Assembly (NCBI GenBank): GCA_001643675.2
Contig: LSRY02000015.1
Coordinates: 1,054,001 to 1,118,000, forward strand
DNA length: 64,000 bases
DNA from: Monocercomonoides exilis PA203
Taxonomy: Eukaryota > Protista > Preaxostyla
Direction of reading: 5' to 3'
Made by a program: the position numbers and the translations under genes. Shown here in pieces: positions 52,101 to 61,472 of the stretch; the stretch's first letter is position 1, and each line of letters starts with the position of its first letter. Below the pieces are notes generated by a model. The model was not told the DNA's origin. It ran no database searches and saw nothing but the letters and a program-made list of their open reading frames with translations.

Positions 52101-55100
52101 CGATTGATAGAACCATTCAGCGTTGCCTCGCTCTTCACCTGCAGCACAAACTTCGTCTCCCCCATCCGCCCAAACCCTCGCTCCACTGTGTCACACGGTG
52201 TTTCTGAAAACCCACACATATCATCACTCCTTCCTCCTGCTTCCACAAACACCACCTCGTCCAGCGATGGATACAGATACACAAATATCGATTGGCTCAC
52301 ATCCGCTGCTGGCTCTCCATCAACCACCCACAATCTCTTTCGCGCCTCTTCTTCCTCTTCTTCCCTCGTCGTCCCACTCCAATACTGAACATTCAGCACA
52401 ACCCGCGGCTCAGCACACACCACAAACACATCCCGCCCAGCACTTGCCGAATTCTCGCTGAATCCCATATCCTTCATCCCATATTTCATCTCCACACTCC
52501 GAAACCACACATACATCCCTCCTCCAAACCCGCTCTCTGATGGAGCCAGACACCAGCTCACTGTGCTCTCCTGGCACAGCAGAGTCCCTCCCGCAAATAC
52601 CTCCACATAGCACCCTCCCCCTCTGATCCCTCTCCCTGTGCTCCCCTCTGTCAGCGTGCAGTCCTTCATATCCACCACCTTCCCATTCCCCACCTTCCAC
52701 ACCATCATCCCCCCATTTCCCATCTGGCGCTTCATCTGCCTCACACTCACGTTCCTCATCTTCAACGAGCACTTCTCTTCCACCACAACCACACTGCTGT
52801 CTTCCTGCTCTCCACCCACCACACTCGAGTTCCCTATCACCACTTCTTCTGCCTTTCTCCCAACAATAAGCCCAGAGGCACCAACTGTTTTCACCCCTTC
52901 AAGCTCCATCCCCTCAATCACCCCACATGCCCCTTCTCCATCAAACTCCATCATCCCTTTCCCTTCAAACTCAACATTTTCAACACTCAGCTTCTCCACA
53001 TTCACCTTCCCTCCAATCACCACAACAAACGAATACATGCACTTTTCTCCACTCACCCTCATCTTCATCCCGCATTCCCTCAGTGCCAGCTCCTTCTCCT
53101 TGCACACAAACAGACTCTTCCGCTCGCACTCAAATCTCGAAGGCACACAAAACACCACCCGGCTCACCTCAACCCCCATCTTCACCTCAATCAGTTCATC
53201 CCCTGCCTCCCTTCCATCCTTCTCAACAATAATCTCCCTCTTTCCCTCTCCTCCATTAATCTCCATTTCTCCTTCTCCTGCAAGCACCATCCTCTCCAAA
53301 AACACAAACGATTCCTGCAGCACCACATCCGCCTTCCCTTGCACACTTCGCACCTCCCCCGCAAACCCAATTGTGCTGCACGGATACCACTCATACCCGC
53401 AAAGCGGATAGTCAACCCCACTTTCTCCTCCCACATACACTGGTGCCATCCATTCTCCCACAAACACTGCAAGCGGCACTGTCATGCTCCGCTCAACATC
53501 ATACCCTTCAAACTCTCCCAGCCTTCCTTCCTCTCCAGGCATTTCCAGATCCATCTTTTCTCTTCTGACCAGTTTCACCAGATCCCCTCCCATAACATAC
53601 ACATTGTCTCCTCCACTCACCCCATGGTTCTTTTTCTCTCCTTCCTCAAATCTCACCCCAAACACTGAAAACTCACTCCCTCCATTCACACACTCCAAAT
53701 ACATCCCTCCCCCATATCCTCCTTCTCCATCCCCTTTCTCTGCCTCACACATCCCCATCACTGTCTCTGCCTCTGTCTCTGTGCTTCCCACACTCAATGA
53801 TCCGCTCCCACTCACCTCAACCCACATTCCTCCTCCGTTCCCTCTTCTCGTTTTGCTCCCTTCAATCTTCACCTCACTCACCACTGCCACCTCCCCATCC
53901 CCAACAGCCATGCTCACAACTCCTCCATCTCCTCCCTCAATCGCCACTCCACTGAATGAGCTGTTCTTCACCTCCACCAACTTTCCATGGCGATCTCCAA
54001 CCACGCCACACACAGTGCTGCTCCACCCGCTCACACTGCAATTCCTCATCTTCAGCTCTCCCTTCTCCAAACACTCAAACATCTCCTTTGCCCCTTCCCC
54101 TCCAACCATGCTCGCCTTCATCCCCCTCACCTCCGCACATCCTCCACTCCCAACAACAACACCCCCAAACATGGAAAACACAACCGAGCATATCTCCATC
54201 TCAACCACCGTCAACGAACCTTTTTCCACCACAAACAGCCCAAACTGACAATGATCCACATTCTCATCACATACTGCTTTGCACTCCTCAAACAACCCAC
54301 TTGCTGTAATAAACCCAATCAAAAACACTCCCTCCTTCATGCCATTCAGTGTTTCCTCCAGCACAAACTCAAGCTTCCGCATCTCCACCACTCCTAGCAC
54401 CTCAACCATCCCACTCCCTCCGCTCCCATCCCCAACCATCTTCATCCCCACACCTTTCACAGACCCCCTCACAACATATCCATCCACACTGTCCAGCACA
54501 AGATCCTCATCCACACTCACCCCCGACACAACCTCCACCACTTTCTGCTTTCCCACAATCCGCCCCAGTGAATACCCCACTCTCCTGCACATGTAGCTCC
54601 TGAATCCACACGCTGTCGTGTCTGCCCCGCTCTCCGACACATACACAGCCACAGGAGGTGCCAGCAGATAATACCCCAGCGGGATCACAACACTTTGCTC
54701 TTCCTCCTCAACTCCTTCCATCTCATTCTCATCAAACTCCTCTCCAACTGCTTCAAAGAATGGCAGTCGCTCCAAAACAATGCTCTCTCGCAGCGACGGG
54801 GACATCACAAACACATTCCTCCCATGCTCTGCCCTGTTATCCTCAAATACTGGCTGCTTTATCGCAAACTCAGATCCAACACTCTCCAGCACCAGATACA
54901 CTCCGCCTCCCTTCCCTTTCTTTCCCATCGCTGGTGCAGTGCACCCTCCAAATGTACATTGCTCCAAACTCATCTGGCTCGTCTCTCCCACCTCTCCATA
55001 CACCCCTCCTCCTCCTCTCTTTTCCATCTCCGCCCCACAATTCCTCAGTGTGCAGTTGAATATCACCACTTCATTTCTCTTCCCAGCCTGCCTCTCAACA

Positions 55101-58100
55101 TGCACTCCACACCCGTCTCCACTCACCTTCGTCATCCCCGTGATGCTTGTGCTCTCCACCCGAACACTCCCACCCCCTCCACACCACACAGCACTGCTGC
55201 TGCACTCACCAACAGCCTCCACTCTGCTGTTCTGCATCACCAAGCTCCCCATCTCCCTCACTGCAAATATCCCCTCCTGTGTGCTGCTCCTTGTCCCACT
55301 CACCACTGTTCCATCAACGAGACCGCTTGTCCCGCTTCCACGCACACTCAGCAGCCACCCTCCCCCAAACACAACACCACTTGCACTGAACCGCGTCATG
55401 TTCACCTTTCCACCAACCACCACACAGAAGCTGTATCCAACAACCACTCCTGCCCTCTCGCTCACCACTCCGCAGTCATGCAGCACAAGCTCCTTTTCTG
55501 TGCAGCACACAAACGATTGGCTCCCTGAAAGACTCTCGCAAAGGCCGAATGTGATGTTGGTGAATCGCGTCGAGATCCTCGTCTCCACCAGCCCACATTC
55601 CTGTGCTGCTCCACCCCCAGCCACTCTGATCTGCGTTCCCTTGCTCTTCACAGACACCTCATATCCATACCCCTCAAACACCATCCCTCCCTCAAACTCA
55701 TACGGCTGCTCCAGCTGCATCCGCCGCACTGACGATCTGAAATGTGTCGCCTTTGCATACTCCATTGTCGAGCACGGTGCCACTCCAAATCCACACATCA
55801 CATGATCCACCCCTGCCCTGCCGCTCACAACCACAGTCGTCGGAAACGTCCGCCAGAACAGAACAATCGGCACTGCTGCTCCTATCTCCCTCGCCTCAAA
55901 CCCCATCACCTCCTCCAGATTCTCCTCATCCACTGCAAACCCAAACCTCTCCTTTTCACACATTCCCCTGAGTTCTGCTCCCACCACAAACACATTCTTC
56001 CCATGCACCCCTTCATTCTCCCACATCTTCACCATCGCAAACATAAAATCTCTTCCCCCTCCTGCACAGTCGATCATCATCCCTCCCCCAATCCCTCTTT
56101 CTTTTTCCCTCTTCTCTGCTCGGCACTTCCCAAACTCAGTCGTGGTTGTCTTTGCACTCGAGTTCCCAACCATCACACTCCCGCCTGGCTGCAACTTCAC
56201 CATCAATCCCCCTCCATTTCCATCTCTGCACACACACCCAACCAGCTTCCATTCCATCACCTCCAGGCATTCTCCATCCCCAACCCTCACATCCATCACT
56301 GACCCATTCCCTTCATCGCGCACAACCCTGTCAAACTCTGTTCGCACAAACTCCACATTCCCAACAGACCCACACACAACCATCGCAGTGCTCCTCAGCT
56401 CAATGTTCGCAAACAAGCAGTCTGCAAACTTCGCCACCCCATCGCTCACTTCCACAAACCCCACCTGAAACGGGTTTGCCTGTGCTTCTGACTCGCTTTG
56501 AAACACACACTCCTTCGCCTCCACAACTCCCTTCCCAGTCATCTTCACCACACTCGATCCTGCCGATGAGCTCGAGTTGTGAATCACACTGAACTTGCCC
56601 ATCCTCAATTCTCCACTTGTCACTTCAAACAGCCCAGACCCTGCCATCACCCTCTCAGATATCACTTTCGAGTTGTCTCTTCGATCCCCATCAAACACCA
56701 TCGTGCATTCCCCAACATTTACACTCATTTCTCGGTATTCTCCCTCCACCACTGTTATCTTCCGCCTCTCTCTCACACTCAGCGCATGCTTCACTGTTTT
56801 GAACGGTCTTGCGTGATCGCCCCACCCTACTGTGTCTTCTCCTCTTCTCCAGCTCACATACAACTCTGCAAACGAATCACTCGCTGTTGGTGGATTTGGC
56901 AGCCATTCGGTTTTGTTCACTTCCCCATCCGTGGCTCGGAGATTAGTACTTGTCGAATAACAGTATTTAACATCTTCATCTTTGATAATTCCAATCCAAA
57001 TATCATGAGTCGAAATGTCAGCTCCAGCATTTTCCACATTCAACGAATTACCACTGAAAAATAGGAAGGTAATGCATGCACCAATCGGAGTTCCATTATT
57101 CCAACAAAAACTCAAAGCACCATAGTTATTGGCACAGCAATTACCAATAGCACAATCACTTATTGTTGCAGTTCCATAACCCGACCAATAATTGAGCCCT
57201 CCAGCATTGACCGAAGCATTTCCATTCTTTATGATGCAAGACGACACTGTTCCACTTTTATGCTCACAAATACTAAGCAAACTGTAATATTGCGCAGAGC
57301 AATTAATAAAGCAACAACTTTTTATTTGACAATCTGTTAAATTTCTCACCTGAATCCCTCCGCACACGTATGAGCAATTGGAATTTGTTGCATTTATGTC
57401 AAAAATGTAGGCTTTCAACAAGTATCTCAAATGCGCGCATCCTCCTTGACATGTGTCATCTTGATTCTCATTTCCACTAGAGCATTCATTGAACCAGCAT
57501 CGCAATAATTCGCATGTTGTTGACTCACCAAAAATAGCTAAAGCCCCGCCGCTGTCTGTTGGCGATGTGCATTTGAAGAAACAATCAGTAATTTTTATGT
57601 CTCCTTCTGCGAAGACTTTTCTTTCATTGAATGTCTGGTTTTTCTCTTCGACTGCACTGTTGGCACAGCCCACATATGATGTATTTTTGCAGCTGAACGA
57701 AATCTTCGATGGTGCCACCACTGTTCCGTAATATGGCTGGAAGCAGTCCACAAAATAACTGCCTGACACTTCACATGTCTCTGCGAAAAGCTTCAGTTCT
57801 TCCTGTTTTCCATTTTCTGCTCTTCCTCTTGTGATGTTCTTGAAGTTGCATTCCATCACACTGACACGCACAAACGATCCACCACACAAAAGTGAAGACT
57901 CTTTCATTCCAATTATCGCATCAACAAAACCAGATTCTCTCAAAACAAACTCCAAATACTCTTTTCCCTCCATCAGTGGTGCCTTCAGGCAACCAAAATC
58001 TCTTGTTGGTATCATTGAAACATTTTCCATAATTGCCTTCCCGCTTCCAACTCCAAATGGCTTTTTGCTCAGATCCATCCCTCCAATTTCACAACAAAAA

Positions 58101-58453
58101 AGCTCTATCAGCGACCTGCCGTTCACATTCAGAGTATAAGCATTCTTCGAGCATTCAATCTTCATTCCTTCAAAGTGCACACTCGAATTCTTCACCACAA
58201 AAACACCCTTTTCTTCGCTTGGCGAGGCGACTTTCGCAACCTTCAGCATTTCATCCTTCACAATATCTCTCATAAATGTGTTTCTGATTTTTTCATTCGC
58301 AAATGCAGAAGCAAATGCTGAACCGCTCGTATTCGTCTTTCCTTCGTTTTCGTTGAAATAAGTCATTGACCGATTATCAAACCCATCTCTTCCTTTCCCT
58401 TCTGTGTGCGAGACAATTGCAATCACAAAGATGGCAATGCAAAAAACTGTCAT
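46157..58453 (-). CDS. Giant single-pass surface protein: signal peptide, pectin-lyase-like beta-helix modules, TM helix, C-terminal pseudokinase
   Basis: 4112-aa open frame (likely ATG 58453, MTVFCIAIFVIAIVS); 8 modules beginning VxVSxxxGxDxxxCG..PCxT with GGG/FxxN motifs; TM YWLLIVGIVIVVILLVIVVVLVV; RWKAPELL..VFSIGMMLWECLTLQIPF. Confidence 0.9.
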   Translation of the reverse strand: MTVFCIAIFVIAIVSHTEGKGRDGFDNRSMTYFNENEGKTNTSGSAFASAFANEKIRNTFMRDIVKDEMLKVAKVASPSEEKGVFVVKNSSVHFEGMKIECSKNAYTLNVNGRSLIELFCCEIGGMDLSKKPFGVGSGKAIMENVSMIPTRDFGCLKAPLMEGKEYLEFVLRESGFVDAIIGMKESSLLCGGSFVRVSVMECNFKNITRGRAENGKQEELKLFAETCEVSGSYFVDCFQPYYGTVVAPSKISFSCKNTSYVGCANSAVEEKNQTFNERKVFAEGDIKITDCFFKCTSPTDSGGALAIFGESTTCELLRCWFNECSSGNENQDDTCQGGCAHLRYLLKAYIFDINATNSNCSYVCGGIQVRNLTDCQIKSCCFINCSAQYYSLLSICEHKSGTVSSCIIKNGNASVNAGGLNYWSGYGTATISDCAIGNCCANNYGALSFCWNNGTPIGACITFLFFSGNSLNVENAGADISTHDIWIGIIKDEDVKYCYSTSTNLRATDGEVNKTEWLPNPPTASDSFAELYVSWRRGEDTVGWGDHARPFKTVKHALSVRERRKITVVEGEYREMSVNVGECTMVFDGDRRDNSKVISERVMAGSGLFEVTSGELRMGKFSVIHNSSSSAGSSVVKMTGKGVVEAKECVFQSESEAQANPFQVGFVEVSDGVAKFADCLFANIELRSTAMVVCGSVGNVEFVRTEFDRVVRDEGNGSVMDVRVGDGECLEVMEWKLVGCVCRDGNGGGLMVKLQPGGSVMVGNSSAKTTTTEFGKCRAEKREKERGIGGGMMIDCAGGGRDFMFAMVKMWENEGVHGKNVFVVGAELRGMCEKERFGFAVDEENLEEVMGFEAREIGAAVPIVLFWRTFPTTVVVSGRAGVDHVMCGFGVAPCSTMEYAKATHFRSSVRRMQLEQPYEFEGGMVFEGYGYEVSVKSKGTQIRVAGGGAAQECGLVETRISTRFTNITFGLCESLSGSQSFVCCTEKELVLHDCGVVSERAGVVVGYSFCVVVGGKVNMTRFSASGVVFGGGWLLSVRGSGTSGLVDGTVVSGTRSSTQEGIFAVREMGSLVMQNSRVEAVGECSSSAVWCGGGGSVRVESTSITGMTKVSGDGCGVHVERQAGKRNEVVIFNCTLRNCGAEMEKRGGGGVYGEVGETSQMSLEQCTFGGCTAPAMGKKGKGGGVYLVLESVGSEFAIKQPVFEDNRAEHGRNVFVMSPSLRESIVLERLPFFEAVGEEFDENEMEGVEEEEQSVVIPLGYYLLAPPVAVYVSESGADTTACGFRSYMCRRVGYSLGRIVGKQKVVEVVSGVSVDEDLVLDSVDGYVVRGSVKGVGMKMVGDGSGGSGMVEVLGVVEMRKLEFVLEETLNGMKEGVFLIGFITASGLFEECKAVCDENVDHCQFGLFVVEKGSLTVVEMEICSVVFSMFGGVVVGSGGCAEVRGMKASMVGGEGAKEMFECLEKGELKMRNCSVSGWSSTVCGVVGDRHGKLVEVKNSSFSGVAIEGGDGGVVSMAVGDGEVAVVSEVKIEGSKTRRGNGGGMWVEVSGSGSLSVGSTETEAETVMGMCEAEKGDGEGGYGGGMYLECVNGGSEFSVFGVRFEEGEKKNHGVSGGDNVYVMGGDLVKLVRREKMDLEMPGEEGRLGEFEGYDVERSMTVPLAVFVGEWMAPVYVGGESGVDYPLCGYEWYPCSTIGFAGEVRSVQGKADVVLQESFVFLERMVLAGEGEMEINGGEGKREIIVEKDGREAGDELIEVKMGVEVSRVVFCVPSRFECERKSLFVCKEKELALRECGMKMRVSGEKCMYSFVVVIGGKVNVEKLSVENVEFEGKGMMEFDGEGACGVIEGMELEGVKTVGASGLIVGRKAEEVVIGNSSVVGGEQEDSSVVVVEEKCSLKMRNVSVRQMKRQMGNGGMMVWKVGNGKVVDMKDCTLTEGSTGRGIRGGGCYVEVFAGGTLLCQESTVSWCLAPSESGFGGGMYVWFRSVEMKYGMKDMGFSENSASAGRDVFVVCAEPRVVLNVQYWSGTTREEEEEEARKRLWVVDGEPAADVSQSIFVYLYPSLDEVVFVEAGGRSDDMCGFSETPCDTVERGFGRMGETKFVLQVKSEATLNGSINRHGKSLTIRGSNTKGVMNVGRMGHVEVVEGGEQASLVLSKLVVKLPAESEKEEFVEMSVGVVMIVDCKFDGEESEEGSGSSVASVWVGSVKGGEMQIERVTVRGIEFCGGGIVRVGDGRVELGFVTVEDVKTNGEGMIVGENGSEMEMSGITMERCEMGMGSGVVVKLGKRCRVENNSMFTGCVSEEGDGGGLKCEVAEGGVVVIENSTFEGCEARGSEGKGGGMYMSVVGESREDCFAVKGCVFERNRAVEGADMFVVCEDLNATILPKRFEMELVGEDEVSKVELRGRDNGRFARESVDLLLFLVKFSGDEVHVSEGSGMDVLGCGKEEIACETLWCGIGHLKEESEQEEQKVVVSDRCVVSDCFVFERGTMICGPEAEEAKQAKMRVEWELKSDGCEAVMWSCERLSVRIFVISLPQVFGSGQSMVLGTEGGVVNVSNVGFEWRESGVVGYRIVSTLKGMLNVQNCSVREASFEKVPFAVHSSVVVESLEADGIASEGSRAGGVMEIELSGEEKAVLRSTNARGCKCSVSEGRGGFVHVNGSEARSASLLTLRGVVFEGNEAWKGKNVYLECADLNGSVNEETFVFEFGEMEKDSNLFVGSDGIHKDTDLFRFLVGYENWMVHVSWSGHDVKRCGSEADPCHTFWKGMGQVEAGQGKRKMVIGEKSEIRDGYKVRDFEVVSFGGSDEKRVKSEMVFGMGAGGKCGHLEGDGNLELSHLAVSAMAGFVNEEGALITGRSGMLMMKDCKLSWDGDRDSVMEVSFVQAVRGQMVLEDVRADSVSAGKSMIVASHEVSVQVRGMRVSSCNISSGSVIEVVASSASTISRADLGVEAGGRKQQKERNSEERGLVVNRSEFEFVKGAGDGSRVVSYLDWMGKGVELVDCVFTGCEGAGNEKGGAIFVEVGAEGWYELRECRVEKCGCSTEKGRGGGMYVRTDGAGKLGMLIAPKKFEANTAFAGRDVFVECDNLRRQINETHFRMSFDEDVFVRQNAILGIDRSEQSREPMDLLDLILVYQADTIIVSSAEGRNGEDKRQCGVVEQPCLSVGYGLMHVSHKVESRLIVDGKSVMDREMEFEEVSVLSRGRAAAEVAVAGQIEGERRSVVECRGAVEIRLLAFRFAEVMEGGHCVLFGCTEGSVSLEGCEFSPVEGADASAVHLTLIEASGAEVYISDVKVAKLEVECVCEVEGVGVSGNVVFERLKVEEVKVGRRAMGLSWQAGGRQGETGSCEVLLCSLGNVSFGDEEGRIAEIDVGGCLVEVFNSSFVNEWKGKRQGELALFGHCTDMKIVSCLFCGGKGSEENGCEEEEKVLFGLSEVCKWNGSVVELEGSAGVMRDTRVEKSGAGGLLVDGGKVRVEKGEFVENKVHIAGYESVRRNVRCSGGGEVDLRSLKGGDGAKENSSLWILEEGCSLLGIAAERASPLFIPELEEVEMKEEGESMHLITKGELLLPCNLSLKVIFRRGDEEATEGYEFDEEGFVWENEAHARIPLVKVTEADEEIEISCFVKFGSATAPSYTRSVVLKNRSEPKVNGDEMVVEGGKEGKSYWLLIVGIVIVVILLVIVVVLVVRWKKIKNEAEDLREIVNDNIKKDPKAFEMVTMEMSPEEQWRRAENEAEKKNEERMKKRVYEKSLGHSESSEHLLSESGSTEYILGKDSDKIPQWMLEKDEEEEIRKRTPSPSISSTSTTDSDSTFVQREDLCPTTSSMSNLVDAMACSSPHEKLIVDLRDSLFMLLHGRNEKKEMAIGTLKEREQTAAQILFWVANGALHSFDEMENPLQSLNNLSPHIVLFSEHMVICIAMHSDCSSDSDTSSSISSSTVVTSASDDESDSLPSSAFEDDEDNRKECLRWKAPELLNGTKKHATKKTVVFSIGMMLWECLTLQIPFGDYEAETAGEKIKNGERPNMGVIETSSFGETTKACVMLQAKSRPTLVELKREFFGHFPAEMVVVTASDAIDDENVSDVGRGSDIGSSSFSDTSFL

Positions 58454-60623
58454 TCCCCAATCTTTCTTCAAAATGATAAACACAATAAATATCACAAAAA
58501 GAAAGGAAAGATAATTAAATATTCAAATGGGTTTGATCATGCCTTTTTGTGTTTCTCATCGATTTCATTGATTTCTGTCTTTCGTTCCATTCCATTTGCA
58601 TTTTCATATAATCGTTGCTTCATCGTTTTTTTTGAATTTCTTTTAAATTTATGTGATTCGTTCTCTACGAAAAAATCATTCCATTCATCGTTTGGCTTTG
58701 TAATATTCATTTTTATCGAATTCCTTGAACTGGCATCTGAACATCTATCAAAAATAACACAATAAAATTTATTAGTTTTTCTGTAAAAAATGAATTGCTT
58801 CAAAACAGACTTTGGTATCAAAAAAATTCTGGAGATAGCAAGAATACCATGTTAGAATTTTGGAACTTTTTGAGAAACAATCTGTACTTTTTGATTTCAG
58901 TCATTTTTTTCATTTTTGGCGTTGCAATCAGTGCGAAAGGAAAGGGATATCAATTGAACATGTTAATTGGTATTGCTAACTTTCTCTTTTGAGATAGAAC
59001 AAGGATTAGGAAAGTCGCCATATCCCCCCCAAAACAAATCTTCAATTTATTGTTCTGCGCGTTCAAGCGATGATCATGGAAGATTGCTCGAATCTATTTG
59101 AAACTTTTTGCAATTATATCATGTCCTCGTTCTTTGATGCTGACATTCTTTTGCTCTAGTCAAACTCACATGCAATCAATTCGTGAAAAACATTATGAAC
59201 AGATTTTGCTGATATTTTTCAGAAATTCAAATAAATATTCAAGTGTAATTTTCATTATTGCGAAAGTTCATGAAGACATCTCAATATCTTTTTTCATTTC
59301 ATGGATTTATTTTTGATAAAAATCCTTTTGTTCACAATTTGTAGCATCAATAGTTATAGCTGCTGTAAGTGTAGGCGCAACTTTCCTTTTGGGCACCCAT
59401 GCAAATGAAAGGTGTGAGCGTCTGATCTTTCAAAAAGAAGTTCAACTCTCTTGATATTATTGTTTTTTCTAAGTGTTCGCTGAATAAACGATTAAATCAA
59501 TACAACACCTCGATGCACAAAGACACATATCTTTTCTGTGTTGGTTTTTAACATGTTATGTCAATTTGAAATTTGTGGGCAGAATTCAAGGCAAGAATCA
59601 ATATTGTCATTCAATTGTTCCATCAAGCAGTTTTCAAGCAAACCCTTCCGAAAAGTGTTGTAAGAAAATTATGAGTAACACAAAATCTGGCTAACATTGT
59701 TTTTGCGTACTTGCTGCACTTGAAATAAACGATTTTCATTTTGAGCTTTACCCATTGCAAAATTTTTCATCATTGAATAATCAATTTTGGCGAATAGCCA
59801 GTCATCTGTTCTTTCTGAGAAGCGTAGCGTTTGTTACCATTTATTAAGTGTGCATGCATTTCTCATTTCCTGTTGTGTTTTAAATGCTATGTTTCTGCAA
59901 GCTGTTCTATTTGATTAACTTGTAATTTCACATTTCTTTTATAGTTGTGCATTAAAATTGGCTTGAAATGCATCGTACAACTTCACACTCAAAAGTACGT
60001 GACGGTTGTTTTGAAACTAAAAATTCATCGAAAACTACTGAACGGGAAACAATTGTTTGGGTTTTATTTAACAATTTTTCTTTCGATAATCCATTTTTTG
60101 AACTTTTTTCCATGCAAAAATACAATTTTAAATAGTGAGACATATCCCTGGACCTAGAAAATTGCTTGATGGAAATATCTTTACAGCGCATAGAATAATA
60201 CAAAACACATTCATGTTGCATATTCCCTTCTTTTTTTGATTGAAGAATTTCCTTAAAGATACCTTGCATAAAATGTTCAAATAGCACTACATAATCTCTG
60301 TCTTATAGAAATTGTCTGCTTTCTCATCCGGAAGATATTTTTCGTTTCTGCGGAAAATAATCTTTTTTTTATTTACTCATTGGACCGACGGATATTTCTC
60401 CTCAAAGTTTATTTTTCGATCATTGAATCCGCATCAACGAACATAAAAAGATAAAGCGTTGTTTTCTTCCGTCATCCCTTGAAAAAATTTCAACAAAAGA
60501 TGGAACGATTTGAATGCATATATTTCAAAGACAATTTTGAGTGAGAAGAAATAGATGAAAAACTATATCCAAACGTATATGAAATAGATGTGAATGATGA
60601 AAATTGAATAGTTTTCTGAACCA

Positions 60624-61472
60624 ATGATCTTTAGAAAACGCAGGAGACGGACAATACAAAAAAGTTCAATGGTTTGCATTCATTGTTGCATTTATGTTCT
60701 AACAAATATTGATCTTTTCAAATGGAATGAAGAATTATTTTTCGGGCTTGAACATTGCAATGAGGAAGATCAAAGACAGAAAATCCTTGAAATGAATGAA
60801 ATTGTGCACAAAATATATGAAGAAAAATTTGGATACGGTTTCACAGAAGAGCTGTTCAATAAAATGAACAAAATGATAGAAAAAAAGAAAATAACATTGG
60901 AAAATACCATTGTACTATTGAAGCACATATGCTGTGATTGGGAATTAATATGCATTTTATGTTATTCTTTTGAAGGATCTTCATTGAAAGAAAGATTTGA
61001 AAGGATGATAGTTGATGAAAATGAGAAGAAAGATACAAGGAATGAAAACCTGCTGGCTGATCTTTGTGGATGTTATCTGTTTCTTGGCTGTTGGCTCTCG
61101 CGGGAAGTCCTTTTTATTTGCATTCGCTGCCTTGTAAATGCTGCATTGAACAAAGAGGAAAACAATGAAGTTCAAAAAGAGGCGGAAAATGCATTGTTGG
61201 CCTTGAGCTACGCTGGATCTTATGTATGAGCATTTCTGCTTCATTTTTGATGTTATTGAATCGTTTTCTCCTTCTTTTATAAGGATGTTGAAAGAGGACT
61301 TTTCTTGGATGACATAACGGAAACGATGAAATATCATCAGGAGAATCACAATCTGATGCAACATATCTGATAATTAGCTTGGCAGTTTTTGATTTACCGA
61401 CTTTGGAGTGATGAAAGTTTGGAAGAAGAAATTGTGAATGAGCTATGTTTTATGAGAAAAGCAAGAAGAGAA
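60624..61472 (+). pseudogene. Truncated member of an expanded lineage-specific ARM-like helical protein family
   Basis: LEHCNEEDQRQKILEMNE...SSLKERFERMI...LLADLCGCYL...EAENALLALS; intron 61224-61283; in-frame TGA TAA at 61368-61373; truncated at VNELCFMRKARRE. Confidence 0.7.

Noticed and set aside
47127-57064. Long + strand ORFs (up to 904 aa) opposite the receptor gene
   Set aside because: Ser/Pro/Thr/His-rich shadows of a strongly purine-biased coding strand; no domain motifs.
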